Origin: Candidatus Latescibacterota bacterium
Lineage (GTDB): Bacteria > Latescibacterota > UBA2968 > GCA-2709665
Direction of reading: 5' to 3'
DNA: 64,000 nt
NCBI GenBank assembly: GCA_965219455.1
Contig: OZ244744.1
Location: forward strand, 3,808,001 to 3,872,000
This document shows, piece by piece, positions 34,701-43,831 of the stretch. The notes below the pieces were generated by a model. The model saw nothing but the letters and a program-made list of their open reading frames with translations, did no database searches and was not told the DNA's origin. Positions within the stretch are counted from its first letter, which is position 1. Each line of letters opens with the position of its first letter. A program made the position numbers and the translations under genes.

Positions 34701-34837
34701 CAGGTTTCCTCGGCGCCCTGAACGACTAGCGGAGGAATAACAAGATAAAAAAAGCAAACGGCGAGAAAAAACGTGGATGTCGTTTGCTTCGTCGCTATTT
34801 GTAGACTGCGAATGGGTTCAACCCGCCGCAACCACAC
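31709..34837 (-). CDS. M6-like protein with FG-GAP repeats and a T9SS type-A C-terminal sorting domain
   Basis: ILAVRVSF, FHAG, EYFLLENR, GILIWHVDD; GDLDxDG repeats; YCYPNPV...ASGFYVCRV CTD; zinc motif degenerate (RFFAH). Confidence 0.8.
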   Translation of the reverse strand: MWLRRVEPIRSLQIATKQTTSTFFLAVCFFYLVIPPLVVQGAEETWRILAVRVSFSEEDPDDGTTSGNGAFDLRTFDEARDGYIFPFDAPPHDRSYFTAHLQALRNYYLEVSDGQLDIEYTVFPEDTDGSYVIDRPLKEYGNGRTRDEIAQRITQLFHDGIAAADTAEGENLDFSGFQAFVVFHAGLGAEAGGQAVNDIPSAFVSRNDLDRFANGPIGVDDGGAVVQNGMLLPEAVSTDGRGGLNGTLVRFFAHQLGLPGLSNFEDELPAVGDWSPLDTGGPGAVASAARLNLQPLTGEPRDSLLIGFVPSRLLAWSRIRLGWLEPTVVTRNDTLRLVAPHVVGSDLHRAVKVPVSATEYFLLENRISRLEVYGRTPKIEFSPGERVWLSVDDYDAFIPGSGILIWHVDDAVIRASGEGIAVNSNPQYLIAPGQYRRGISLEEADGLEDIGNNAADRIVQAGIISLDAIEGGARDPFYAGNATVLGPDTVPGTNSNLNHPTGITIQVVGSPADTMDVAITFDYQQDAWPATGLAHVGLQAPRAIDLDGDGVKEILRSGGDIGSGPAGTGPAGPNALPLSLSGNPAALAPDATFPFFSSFTPAVGDIDGDGEDDFVYSLGPTPVLWSRKNTAAPSAVTTPGPEPDISCPPLVARFPDRTVDIWGWTNGAVTWGNLEGKNTGITQMGSGPVTSLAAGNVDDDPANELVALSGPGELFVAEADGRVFQLATLAEPVLGGPVMGDLDRDGRDEIVTLDAHGVVSIFSSGRMTAQSDPVPGGAGSAPVLGDLDEDGYIEVVFGGEGRLWVVRFNGVHQTDTPLAFPLKDETGLISAPPALADVNLDGDLDIFAATQGGLVYGLGADGSSLASFPLPLSGPVHTSPLVDDLDGDGTLELVVFTVDGGAHLWHLETFDAHFTGNHLVWSQAGGGPGNASRLLTLPSDPPSETTSLLLPPDQIYCYPNPVRGTSATIRFFLGNDARIQVAVLNAMGEIVDRMAMENPTPRTDNELRWNTGDYASGFYVCRVEAISEERSEVRFVKTAIIK

Positions 34838-34902
34838 GATGGTTTTCGACCCTTAGAAAAGTCAAACGAAAAACGGCAGAAGGAAATGCCATTCCTATCG
34901 AT

Positions 34903-35949
34903 CTAGAAAGAGAACCCGCCCGTGAAGCGAAAGACGTTTGTGAGGGCGGAGTCTCTTTCGGCGAAGTAGGAGAGATCGAACGACGCCCAGTTGTATTTAA
35001 GGCCCAGACCGAAGGTGGGGCTTTTCCGGCCGCCATCCTGATCGTAGAAATATCCCGTCCGCAGGGCGAAGGCGGATTCTTCGGAAAGGTTGTATTTCCA
35101 TTCGATGCCGGTATGGTAGTCGATATCCTTGACTTCCTCGCTCCCGTTTCGGTCGTTCCAGCCCGTGGCAAAGGAGAAAAAGCCTCTGTCGGCCAGGGGT
35201 TTATAGATGTCCGCCGCGAAGAGCAGCGTTGAGTTCCCGCGCTGGAACGCCGTATGGGCGATGCCGATGGTGAAATTTTGCGGCAACGGATCGGCCTGAT
35301 CCGCGTCGATGAACGTAATGTTCGGCCCCACGTTTCGCAACACCCAGGCCAGGGTGAACCGATCGGAGGCTTTCCACATAAATCCCAGGTCGCCGGCGAA
35401 GGACGTGCCGGCGCCCTTGCCCTTTTCGATGCCGGCGCCCTGACTGGCCAGTTTCTCGTGAATGAACTTCATCGTAGTGCCCACAGAGACGTTTTTCACG
35501 ATAAAGGTGCCATAAGAAACCGCCACGGCCAGGCCAAAGCTTGTGAATTCGCCCAGGTCCTGCCCCTGAGAGTCGGTGCGGTGCTGGGTTCCGAGGGAGG
35601 TGTAGATCAGGCTGAAGCCCAGGTTGCCCACGCCCTCGACCGGCTGCGTGTAGGCGCCGAACGAGGTGAAAATGTCGTTGGCCAGAGAGGGAACGGGCTT
35701 GTACATCGTGGTGCTCATGTGCCTGTTCGTGTCGTCGGCCAGGGCGGCTGGATTGTAATAAGTGGCGTTGGCGCCGTCGGCAATCGCAATATAGGCTTCA
35801 CCCATTCCGGCGGAACGCGCGCTGGGCTGAAACAGAAGAAAGGGCGCGGCGGCCTGGCTCTCCGGCGTCGCCCACGACGGGCCGGGACATGCGAACGCAA
35901 CGGAGAGGAAGATGCCGGTCAGGCACACGCACAACGGGTTGCTTTTCAT
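34903..35949 (-). CDS. porV: PorV/PorQ-family type IX secretion outer-membrane protein
   Basis: APFLLFQPSARSAGMGEAYIAIADGANATYYNPAAL; QADPLP; LRTGYFY; RFTGGFSF. Confidence 0.8.
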   Translation of the reverse strand: MKSNPLCVCLTGIFLSVAFACPGPSWATPESQAAAPFLLFQPSARSAGMGEAYIAIADGANATYYNPAALADDTNRHMSTTMYKPVPSLANDIFTSFGAYTQPVEGVGNLGFSLIYTSLGTQHRTDSQGQDLGEFTSFGLAVAVSYGTFIVKNVSVGTTMKFIHEKLASQGAGIEKGKGAGTSFAGDLGFMWKASDRFTLAWVLRNVGPNITFIDADQADPLPQNFTIGIAHTAFQRGNSTLLFAADIYKPLADRGFFSFATGWNDRNGSEEVKDIDYHTGIEWKYNLSEESAFALRTGYFYDQDGGRKSPTFGLGLKYNWASFDLSYFAERDSALTNVFRFTGGFSF

Positions 35950-36367
35950 GGGGTTCGGCTCCTTGAGGTTTAATTGTGCGATTGGACCCGACGGAAATTC
36001 TCCAGGCGACAGGGCACAAAAAACCGGGTGCGGAGAGGGGTTGAACGGTGTGCGCCCCTTTTCTTATCCGGCGACCCGGGTGATCTCTGTAACGGCACGG
36101 GCACTCCACTCGCCATAGGTTTTGACAACACGTCCACAACGCGGCGTACGCCCGGAAAGCGGGCTTTGCCAACCCTGATTGATGGTTTCTATTGTGGAAC
36201 GAAATTGCGGAACAACGGGCAAAACACGTCAGCGAATGTTCAGAATAGGCGCTCCTGCCGGAAAAAAGCTTGTTCGACAACCGCTTGTTTTATATTTTCT
36301 CTCAACCTTAGAGTTGGATAGGACGAAATTCGTAATTCACGCTTCCGTATCTGAAAGGGGCCAGGGG

Positions 36368-36625
36368 GTGATCGACAAGGAACTGCTCGATATTCTGGCC
36401 TGCCCGGAAAACAAGACATCCGTCAGTCTGGCAGGGAGGGAATTGATTGAAAGAATTAACGAACTTATCGAGAAGGGCGAGGTTTGCAACCGGGGGGGAA
36501 CCCCCGTCGAGAACCCCGTTGACGGAGGTCTCGTTCGCGAGGACGGCGCTTACCTGTATCCGATTGAAGACAATATCCCCATTATGCTTGTCGAAGAGGC
36601 GATACCGCTTGCGAAGATCCGGTGA
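36368..36625 (+). CDS. Trm112-family protein
   Basis: IDKELLDILACPE...YPIEDNIPIMLVEEA. Confidence 0.85.
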   Translation: MIDKELLDILACPENKTSVSLAGRELIERINELIEKGEVCNRGGTPVENPVDGGLVREDGAYLYPIEDNIPIMLVEEAIPLAKIR

Positions 36626-36972
36626 GGATTCGAAGGCGTCCTCCATTGGAGCGGGATTCTAAAGCCGTTGCAGAACCATAAGTCTGGGTCGCCGGGGGCC
36701 ATTCCGATCGGCATCCGCGGATCGGAGACCTGAGTTCTCGCCAAGCGGAAAAATTACGTTAATCGCCGTTAAAATGTCAAGTCTTTTCGTGGATTTCAAG
36801 ATATAGACGCACCTGGCGCATCGTGGTTCCCGACTTTTCCGTTCGGCCGTCACATTTTTCCCGGCCGGTGTTGCGGTACCGGGAAGATAGACGGCCTTTC
36901 CAATTGGCTCACAATTGTCGACACACGGATCGCCGACCGTCGTGCGGGACGGGAGGTCTCCGCTGAGCGGAC

Positions 36973-38577
36973 ATGGAATGCACAATCAGAAAAGTCGCGT
37001 TCCGGCGGCTGTATCTGGCGTACCTGTGCGCGACTCTGAGTTCCGGGTTCACCGCATGCGAACGGGTTCCGGAAACATCTGCGATTGCCGACCTGTCCGC
37101 GCCGCCGCCCGGACGGGTGAACTGGCGGACGTGGTCAGCGCGGGATTCCGCGCGCGTTCTCAATCGGCCGCTGTTTCTGTATCTTTATTCCAACCGGTCC
37201 TACTGGTGCCGGGAAATGGTCAGACGCTGTTTCGAAGACCCTGAGTTGGCGCGGGCGATCGGACAGGGCACGTGGCCGGTCCGGGTGGACGTGGACGGGC
37301 GCCCCGACCTGGCGGAGCGATACGGCCTGGGCGGTTGGCCTTCAACGGCGATCCTTACCCCGGACGGCGACTGGATGACCGGGTCCACTTATCTGGATCC
37401 GGAAGATTTGCGGGAACTGTTGCGCCGGGTGTGGGTCTATTTCAACAACCCGAAGCGATGGGCGGATTTTGAACGTGCGCGGCGGAACCTGGCGCGGTGG
37501 GCGGCAAGAGAAGCGCCGCGTCTCCCGCGTGCGTCGTCGTCAAGCCTGTTCCACCAGTTTACGGACAGCACCGGGGCTGCGCTGGAACGAGGAGAGGTTC
37601 CTGGCGCGGAGGCCCTTCTTGCGCTACTCGATGCCCATTGCCCCGCGGCCCGGACCCTGGCGCTGGAGCGGTTGAAAACGATCGTCTCGAGCCCGCTGCG
37701 CGATTCCGACGGGACTTTCTTCCAGCGCCGGCTCACGCCGGACGGAGTCGTGCTCGACCGGGAGAAGACGCTGGCTGCGAATGCGGGCTGGCTGACGGTT
37801 CTGGCGGGGGTAGACACCCCGGCGGCGGTTGATCTCGGGGAGGCGCTGCTGGCCGGCCTTTACGAGTCTCGAAAGGGCATGTTTGCAGCCGGCATCGCGG
37901 GATTTTCCGAGGAGTCCGGAAACGCGGTCCTGCTGGACGCGGGTCAAAGGACCTTCAGAGACCCGGCTGTTTACGCCTCGTGGAACGCCATGGCCGTTAC
38001 CGGCTTTGTCGCGCTCTATCAGGCTTCCGGAAGCGCAGTCTACCTGGATCTGGCGCGTGGCGTCATGGCGACCCTCCGCACGCGACTTACCCATCCGGAC
38101 GGTGGCATGCGGCACGCATGGGACCCGCCGGGAAAGCCGCATTTTCTGCTTGCCGACCAGGCCCTGGTCGCACGCGCCGCGCTGGACCTCTACCGCGCGG
38201 GTGGCGACGAAGGTTTTCTGCGGTTTGCCTCGGAACTCACCGACGTGATGCTGGAGCGATTTCGAGACGGATCGGGCGCGCTGCGCGACCGATGGCCAGA
38301 GCCGGGCGCGGCCGTTACCCACGCGGTGGACCGCTTGGTTCCATCGGGTAACGGGGTGGCCGTTCAGGTGCTTTCGAGGTTGTACGCGCTGACAGGGCAT
38401 TCGCCCTATCGGGAAGGGGCCGGACGGATACTTTCGGCACTGGCGAGCACCCATCTCGAGCGCGCTGCCAACGCGGGCGCGCTATATAGAGGAATGGCTA
38501 TGTACCTGCGCCTGGGGACGGGGCAGGCGGCGCCGTCCGAACCGCAACAACGCGAAAAGGAACCTGGGCGTCCGTAA
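36973..38577 (+). CDS. DUF255/YyaL-like thioredoxin-domain protein
   Basis: VNWRTW, WCREM, RVDVDGRPDL, GGWPSTAILTPDG, PSGNGVA. Confidence 0.85.
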   Translation: MECTIRKVAFRRLYLAYLCATLSSGFTACERVPETSAIADLSAPPPGRVNWRTWSARDSARVLNRPLFLYLYSNRSYWCREMVRRCFEDPELARAIGQGTWPVRVDVDGRPDLAERYGLGGWPSTAILTPDGDWMTGSTYLDPEDLRELLRRVWVYFNNPKRWADFERARRNLARWAAREAPRLPRASSSSLFHQFTDSTGAALERGEVPGAEALLALLDAHCPAARTLALERLKTIVSSPLRDSDGTFFQRRLTPDGVVLDREKTLAANAGWLTVLAGVDTPAAVDLGEALLAGLYESRKGMFAAGIAGFSEESGNAVLLDAGQRTFRDPAVYASWNAMAVTGFVALYQASGSAVYLDLARGVMATLRTRLTHPDGGMRHAWDPPGKPHFLLADQALVARAALDLYRAGGDEGFLRFASELTDVMLERFRDGSGALRDRWPEPGAAVTHAVDRLVPSGNGVAVQVLSRLYALTGHSPYREGAGRILSALASTHLERAANAGALYRGMAMYLRLGTGQAAPSEPQQREKEPGRP

Positions 38578-38595
38578 CGTATCCTGGTGGTGCCA

Positions 38596-39507
38596 ATGGG
38601 TGATGGGTCATTAAAAACCGTATTGATCGTGGGGGCTTCAGGATTTCTGGGGCGGGCGCTTTGTGACGTGCCGTTTGAGGGTCTGCGCCGGCTTCCCGCG
38701 GTGCGCGCGCCGGGTCCGCCGTTTTTGGGATCGGACTGTCTGCGGATGGACGTCACGGATGCGGAGGCGGTTGACGATGCGGTTGCACGGGTGCGGCCGG
38801 ACTGGGTAATCAATGCGGCCGCGGAGGCCGGTGTGGACCGGTGTGAGCGTGATCCGGACCTGGCGCACCGCGTCAACGTGTACGGAACCCGGAACCTGGT
38901 CCGGGCGTGTGAAAACGCAGGCAGTGGATTGGTGACCGTTTCGACGAACTATGTATTCGACGGTCTGGCTGGTCCTTACGCTGAGACCGATCCCACCAAT
39001 CCAATTAACGTTTACGGCCGGACCAAGTTGGAAGCAGAGGCGGGCGTACTGACGTCACCGTGTCAGGGAATCGTGGTCCGGACGGCGGTACTATACGGGT
39101 ATCGTGCGGGTTGCCGGCCCAATTTCGTGACCTGGGCTCTGGAATCCATGCTTCGGGGCGAGACCATCCGGGTCGTTACCGACGAATGGGCAAATCCGAC
39201 CTTTGTGGATGAACTTGCCTTGTTTCTCCTTGGGCTGTGCGGCCGGGAATTCCGGGGGCTGGTCCACTTTGCGGGGCCTGAATTTCTGAGCAGGTATGAA
39301 ATGGCTGAGCGAATTTGCCGCTGTTTCGATCTCGACGCCGATCTGGTTGTGCCGGTAACTTCCGAAAAATTGGGGCAAATCGCTCCCAGACCCCCCGGGG
39401 CGGGCCTTAAGCTGGACCGCGCACGCAGGCTGTTCAATCCGGTACTACGGTCTTTTTCCGATAATCTGGAGCGGATTGGCAGGGATATGGGTGTCGCCGG
39501 CCGGTAA
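38596..39507 (+). CDS. rfbD: dTDP-4-dehydrorhamnose reductase-family SDR
   Basis: GASGFLG, STNYVFDG, YGRTK. Confidence 0.8.
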   Translation: MGDGSLKTVLIVGASGFLGRALCDVPFEGLRRLPAVRAPGPPFLGSDCLRMDVTDAEAVDDAVARVRPDWVINAAAEAGVDRCERDPDLAHRVNVYGTRNLVRACENAGSGLVTVSTNYVFDGLAGPYAETDPTNPINVYGRTKLEAEAGVLTSPCQGIVVRTAVLYGYRAGCRPNFVTWALESMLRGETIRVVTDEWANPTFVDELALFLLGLCGREFRGLVHFAGPEFLSRYEMAERICRCFDLDADLVVPVTSEKLGQIAPRPPGAGLKLDRARRLFNPVLRSFSDNLERIGRDMGVAGR

Positions 39508-39605
39508 TCTGCACCTATCGCACAGGGCTCGTTTGTCTCCGATACCCGCCTGCGGCGCCATCGACGTTGTCAAACCGCTCGGTCCCATTTACTCAGGTGA
39601 TTGGC

Positions 39606-40331
39606 ATGGGTGAAACCCCGTTACGCGTATCGCTGGTTACGCCGACCTACAACGAACGCCCGAACATCTCACTTCTGGCGGACGAGGTTTTTTCGGTGGT
39701 CGGACAGTTCCCTGAAATCGACCTGGAATTGATTGTGGTAGACGATGATTCACCGGATGGCACCGGGGAGGCGGCGGAGGCACTTAGAGACCGATATCCC
39801 GTTCAGGTGGTACACCGGCCCGGCAAGCTTGGTCTGGGCAGCGCGGTGATGGAGGGGTTTCAAAAATCGAACCGAGACTATCTGGGCGTGATCGACGCGG
39901 ATCTGAGCCACGATCCGACGGTACTGCCCCTGCTGATTCTCGGGTTGCGGGAATACGATCTTGCGCTGGGCAGCCGCTATAATCCCGAGAGCCGCGTGGA
40001 AAGGTGGCCGTGGTATCGAAAGTTGATCTCCCAGGCCGGCGTGCTCGCTGCGAGGCAGTTGACCGGAGTACAGGACCCGCTCAGCGGATATTTTTTTCTT
40101 CATCGCAGGGTGCTGCATGGTGTGACGCTGACGTCTCCGGGTTACAAGATTTTGCTGGAGATTCTGGTCAAGGGAACCTATTCCACATTTCTCGAGGTGC
40201 CGTACGTGTTCCGCAACCGGCAGCACAGCACCAGCAAACTGAATTTCAGGGAGTATTACCTGTTTTCCAAACAGCTTCTGGTCTTTTCGATGCGTAAGTC
40301 GAAAAACAAGGCCACCGGCTCCCTGGGCTGA
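39606..40331 (+). CDS. Polyprenol-phosphate mannose synthase-like GT2
   Basis: PTYNE, VDDDSPDGTG, DADLSHDP, GYKILLE. Confidence 0.9.
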   Translation: MGETPLRVSLVTPTYNERPNISLLADEVFSVVGQFPEIDLELIVVDDDSPDGTGEAAEALRDRYPVQVVHRPGKLGLGSAVMEGFQKSNRDYLGVIDADLSHDPTVLPLLILGLREYDLALGSRYNPESRVERWPWYRKLISQAGVLAARQLTGVQDPLSGYFFLHRRVLHGVTLTSPGYKILLEILVKGTYSTFLEVPYVFRNRQHSTSKLNFREYYLFSKQLLVFSMRKSKNKATGSLG

Positions 40332-40358
40332 TCGAGCCGCGGTGGATGCGGTTTATGC

Positions 40359-40387
40359 TTGACATCTCCGGCCGCGGTCGTTATGTT
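40359..40387 (+). promoter_or_regulatory. Putative sigma70 promoter for ctpA-ABC
   Basis: TTGACA-N17-TATGTT. Confidence 0.55.
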
Positions 40388-40442
40388 GAATCGCTTTTTT
40401 TGGCGATCTGAATCGATGTCGCGCGACTTCCGAAAGGGTTGC

Positions 40443-42092
40443 ATGTCGGTCATACGTCGGGTTGTTCCCATACTGATCCTGGTGTGGGTAGCGGGTCGTT
40501 CAGGCACGGCAGGCGCGGAGCCCGCGCCGCGCGTGAATACGGCGATGCAGGCGCATACGCTGGATCAGCTGGCAGACCTGGTACGGCGACAGTACTATCA
40601 GACCACCGATCCGGTCGAGTTGTATCACGGCGCCATCGAAGGCTATCTTTCGCGGCTGGACCCCCATTCAACGTATATTTCGCCGGAAGAACTCCAGGAC
40701 ACCCAGGAACGGATGCAGGGCTCGTTTGAGGGTATCGGAATTTATTTCGAAATCATCGCGGGCCAACTGACGGTCCTTTCTCCAATTGTCGGATCCCCGG
40801 CCTATAAGGCCGGCCTTCAAGCCGGCGACCGGATTGTAAAAATCGACGGGGTGCCGGTGGTTGGCGTGCGGAAGACCGATGACGTGAAAAAGCGGCTTAA
40901 GGGTCCGAAGGGCAGCACGGTGAACGTCCTGGTTCACCGGCCCGGGGTGACGGACCCCCTCAAGTTTGAGATTACCCGAGACAAAATCGAAGTGCCCAGC
41001 GTACCGTATGTATTCAAACTGAATACTGACGTTGGCTATGTGAAGGTCAACCGGTTCGCGAGTCGAACGTCCCGAGAGTTGCGGGTCGCGCTCGACGGCC
41101 TGATTGACCAGGGCGCCAAAAAGCTGATTCTTGATTTGCGCGGCAACAGCGGCGGGTACCTGGAGCAGGCTGTGGCCGTGGCGGATCAATTCCTCGAGAA
41201 AGACCGCCTCCTGGTGTATACCGAGGGTCGCAGAAGGGGTTCCCGTGAAGATCACTTCGCGGATCGCGACCCTGTTATGCCCCTCGATATGCCCCTGATG
41301 GTGCTCGTCGACAACTACAGCGCCAGCGCTTCAGAGATTGTGGCGGGTGCTGTTCAGGACTACGATCGCGGGCTCATCGTAGGTCGGACCACGTTTGGCA
41401 AGGGGCTGGTTCAAAAGCAGTATTCCCTTAAAAACGGCGGCGCGGTTCTGCTCACCGTGGCACGCTATTTCACGCCCAGCGAGCGGCCGATCCAGCGTCC
41501 GTATTCCAGTGACAGGCGGGCCTACCTGCAAGAGGCCCACGACGGCTACGATCCCAATGCTGATGCGGACAGCGTGCTCTCACAACCGGTCTATTTTACG
41601 CAGATATTGCACCGGAAGGTGTACGGCAGCGGCGGGATCACACCCGACGTGGAGTTGGCATCGGAGCGCCCAGGCGATTTTGAACGGCGGTTGACCCCAC
41701 GGCACTTTTTTGAATTCGCCAGCCGTCGCGGGTCGGAGTTCACCCGCGTATTTTCGGATTTTGGGGTCTACCTTCAACAATATACGCCCGGCAGTCGCGA
41801 GATATCGGAATTCAAGACTTTCCTCAAGGCGTGGGATACCGATCTGACGTTTACAGATGGAGATTTCGAATCGGGCATCGATCTGATTAAGCGGCAGATG
41901 AAGCGATATTTCGCGAAATTCCGTTGGGGAGACCGGGAGGCGGGCCGGGTCGCCGTGAGTCAGGATCCGGAAGTCGTTCAGACTCTGGCATTGTTCGACC
42001 GGGCGAGAAAGCTGTTGGCGGATCGGGCGTACTATTCGAGACGCCAGGGGCGCACCCACGTCCCCGTGATGCGCGACGCGGAAGTAAGGTAA
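40443..42092 (+). CDS. ctpA: S41 carboxyl-terminal processing protease
   Basis: LDPHS, PDZ GIGI, DLRGNSGG, SASASEI, TFGKGLVQ. Confidence 0.9.
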   Translation: MSVIRRVVPILILVWVAGRSGTAGAEPAPRVNTAMQAHTLDQLADLVRRQYYQTTDPVELYHGAIEGYLSRLDPHSTYISPEELQDTQERMQGSFEGIGIYFEIIAGQLTVLSPIVGSPAYKAGLQAGDRIVKIDGVPVVGVRKTDDVKKRLKGPKGSTVNVLVHRPGVTDPLKFEITRDKIEVPSVPYVFKLNTDVGYVKVNRFASRTSRELRVALDGLIDQGAKKLILDLRGNSGGYLEQAVAVADQFLEKDRLLVYTEGRRRGSREDHFADRDPVMPLDMPLMVLVDNYSASASEIVAGAVQDYDRGLIVGRTTFGKGLVQKQYSLKNGGAVLLTVARYFTPSERPIQRPYSSDRRAYLQEAHDGYDPNADADSVLSQPVYFTQILHRKVYGSGGITPDVELASERPGDFERRLTPRHFFEFASRRGSEFTRVFSDFGVYLQQYTPGSREISEFKTFLKAWDTDLTFTDGDFESGIDLIKRQMKRYFAKFRWGDREAGRVAVSQDPEVVQTLALFDRARKLLADRAYYSRRQGRTHVPVMRDAEVR

Positions 42093-42164
42093 AGCCGGGC
42101 GCCGCATCGGCGGCAACCGGGATCCGCGCCGCGATGGTTGTTCAGTTCGTTGTGGGAGGAGTTT

Positions 42165-42854
42165 ATGGCGCAAAGTTATTCTTCGTCTGCCCGCCGGGAA
42201 ATCGGCACGCAGGTCAAACTGCCAATCAGAAAGGCCGTCGAGATCAGTTTCAACAGCGTGAAGATCCGGTTCGGGCGGTCGTTGATTACGGTGAGCAGCA
42301 TTGTTCTGGCCATCGCCTTCCTCATGTCCATCTGGACAACCAGTTCCATTGTCAACAGCCTGCGGGCCGCCAACGATCCCAAAATGAACCTGATTCTCCA
42401 GCAAAAAGGGATCGACATCAGTCAGGAGAGCGAAGCCAACCGACAGGAGGAGGCCAAGAACACCTGGCTGGTTGTGCTTTCTCTGCTGGTGTGCCTGGTG
42501 GGGATCACAAACGCGATGCTGATGTCCGTCACCGAGCGCTTCCGCGAGATCGGCACCATGAAGTGCATGGGAGCGCTGGATGGGTTTATCGTCAAACTGT
42601 TTATTCTGGAGTCCTCGTTTATGGGTATGGCCGGCACGGTTATGGGCGCGGCCGTGGGCCTTCTGCTATCCATTCTGATGTCCTGGATCGGTTATGGCAA
42701 CACCGTCATCGATTACGTACCGTGGCCCAGCATTCTGCAGCGTGTGGTGTGGGCGATTGCGCTGGGTTCCTTCCTCTCACTGATGGGCGGTATCTTGCCC
42801 GCCTATAGAGCGGCGAAAATGGAGCCTGTAGACGCCATGCGGCTGGAAGTCTAG
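42165..42854 (+). CDS. FtsX/MacB-like ABC permease (short)
   Basis: GITNAMLMSVTERFREIGTMKCMGA; PAYRAAKMEPVDAMR. Confidence 0.9.
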   Translation: MAQSYSSSARREIGTQVKLPIRKAVEISFNSVKIRFGRSLITVSSIVLAIAFLMSIWTTSSIVNSLRAANDPKMNLILQQKGIDISQESEANRQEEAKNTWLVVLSLLVCLVGITNAMLMSVTERFREIGTMKCMGALDGFIVKLFILESSFMGMAGTVMGAAVGLLLSILMSWIGYGNTVIDYVPWPSILQRVVWAIALGSFLSLMGGILPAYRAAKMEPVDAMRLEV

Positions 42855-42920
42855 TCGTGAGGCCAACCATCCCGGGGCGATAACCACTTTGTAACGAATC
42901 AACTTGCCTGGAGGGCGACG

Positions 42921-43649
42921 ATGGCCGTCGTACGAACGCAGGGAGTGAAAAAGGTCTACGTCATGGGCGACGTGCAGGTAGCCGCGCTCAAGGGCGTGGA
43001 TATCGAAATTGAGCAGGGCGAGTACATTTCCATTATGGGACCTTCGGGCTCCGGGAAAACTACCCTGTTCAATATGGTCGGCGGGCTGGATAAACCCAGC
43101 GAAGGCAAGGTGTACATCGATGACGTGGACGTTGCGCAACTCGACGCTTATGAACTGGCATGGTTGCGTTGCCGGAAAATCGGGTATATTTTCCAGACGT
43201 TCAATCTGATTCCGGTGATGACGGCATTGGAGAACGTGACGCTGCCCATGGTTTTCGCGGGGCTGACCAGCGACGAGGCGCGCGACAAAGGGGTGGTGCT
43301 ATTGGGAAAGGTTGGATTGGGCGACCGTGTGTCGCATAAGCCGTTCGAACTTTCGGGCGGACAGCAACAGCGCGTGGCGGTAGCCCGGGCGTTCGCAAAC
43401 GATCCGGCGCTGATTCTGGCCGACGAACCCACCGGAAACCTGGATCTGCGTACCGGTACGGAAATTATCGAACTGCTTCGGCAGATGAACAAGGATTCTG
43501 GTGTAACCGTGGTATCGGCGACGCACGACCATAAGATGCTGAACGTTTCCGATAGGGTGGTGTGGGTGCGCGACGGGCGCGTGGATCGGGTCGTAAACCG
43601 GAGTGAGCTGAAGATCGAGGTGGGCACCATCGACGGACGGACGGCATAG
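42921..43649 (+). CDS. ABC transporter ATP-binding protein (LolD/MacB type)
   Basis: GPSGSGKT, LSGGQQQR, ADEPTGNLD. Confidence 0.95.
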   Translation: MAVVRTQGVKKVYVMGDVQVAALKGVDIEIEQGEYISIMGPSGSGKTTLFNMVGGLDKPSEGKVYIDDVDVAQLDAYELAWLRCRKIGYIFQTFNLIPVMTALENVTLPMVFAGLTSDEARDKGVVLLGKVGLGDRVSHKPFELSGGQQQRVAVARAFANDPALILADEPTGNLDLRTGTEIIELLRQMNKDSGVTVVSATHDHKMLNVSDRVVWVRDGRVDRVVNRSELKIEVGTIDGRTA

Positions 43650-43717
43650 TCGAAGCCGCGAGAGACCATGGGCGGGCGATCCGGATCCCGCGTGGAGTCG
43701 CTGGCGAAGATGGTTTC

Positions 43718-43751
43718 AAAAGGCCCGGGAGTTTGGCTCCGGGGCCTTTTT
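43718..43751 (+). terminator. Rho-independent terminator
   Basis: aaaaggcccggga-gtttggc-tccggggccttttt. Confidence 0.75.
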
Positions 43752-43768
43752 GATGCGGTAAGCAGTTA

Positions 43769-43798
43769 GAAGCGGGCAACCACAAGGGTTGCCCCTAC
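43769..43798. repeat. GTAG-type REP palindrome (copy 1)
   Basis: gaagcgggcaaccacaagggttgcccctac; second copy at 45095-45124. Confidence 0.75.
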
Positions 43799-43831
43799 GA
43801 ACCGGTTACGTGTTTTTGGAGGATCTTTGCT

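Noticed and set aside
36625-36650. tRNA-like TTCGAATCC on the minus strand
   Set aside because: No cloverleaf could be formed.
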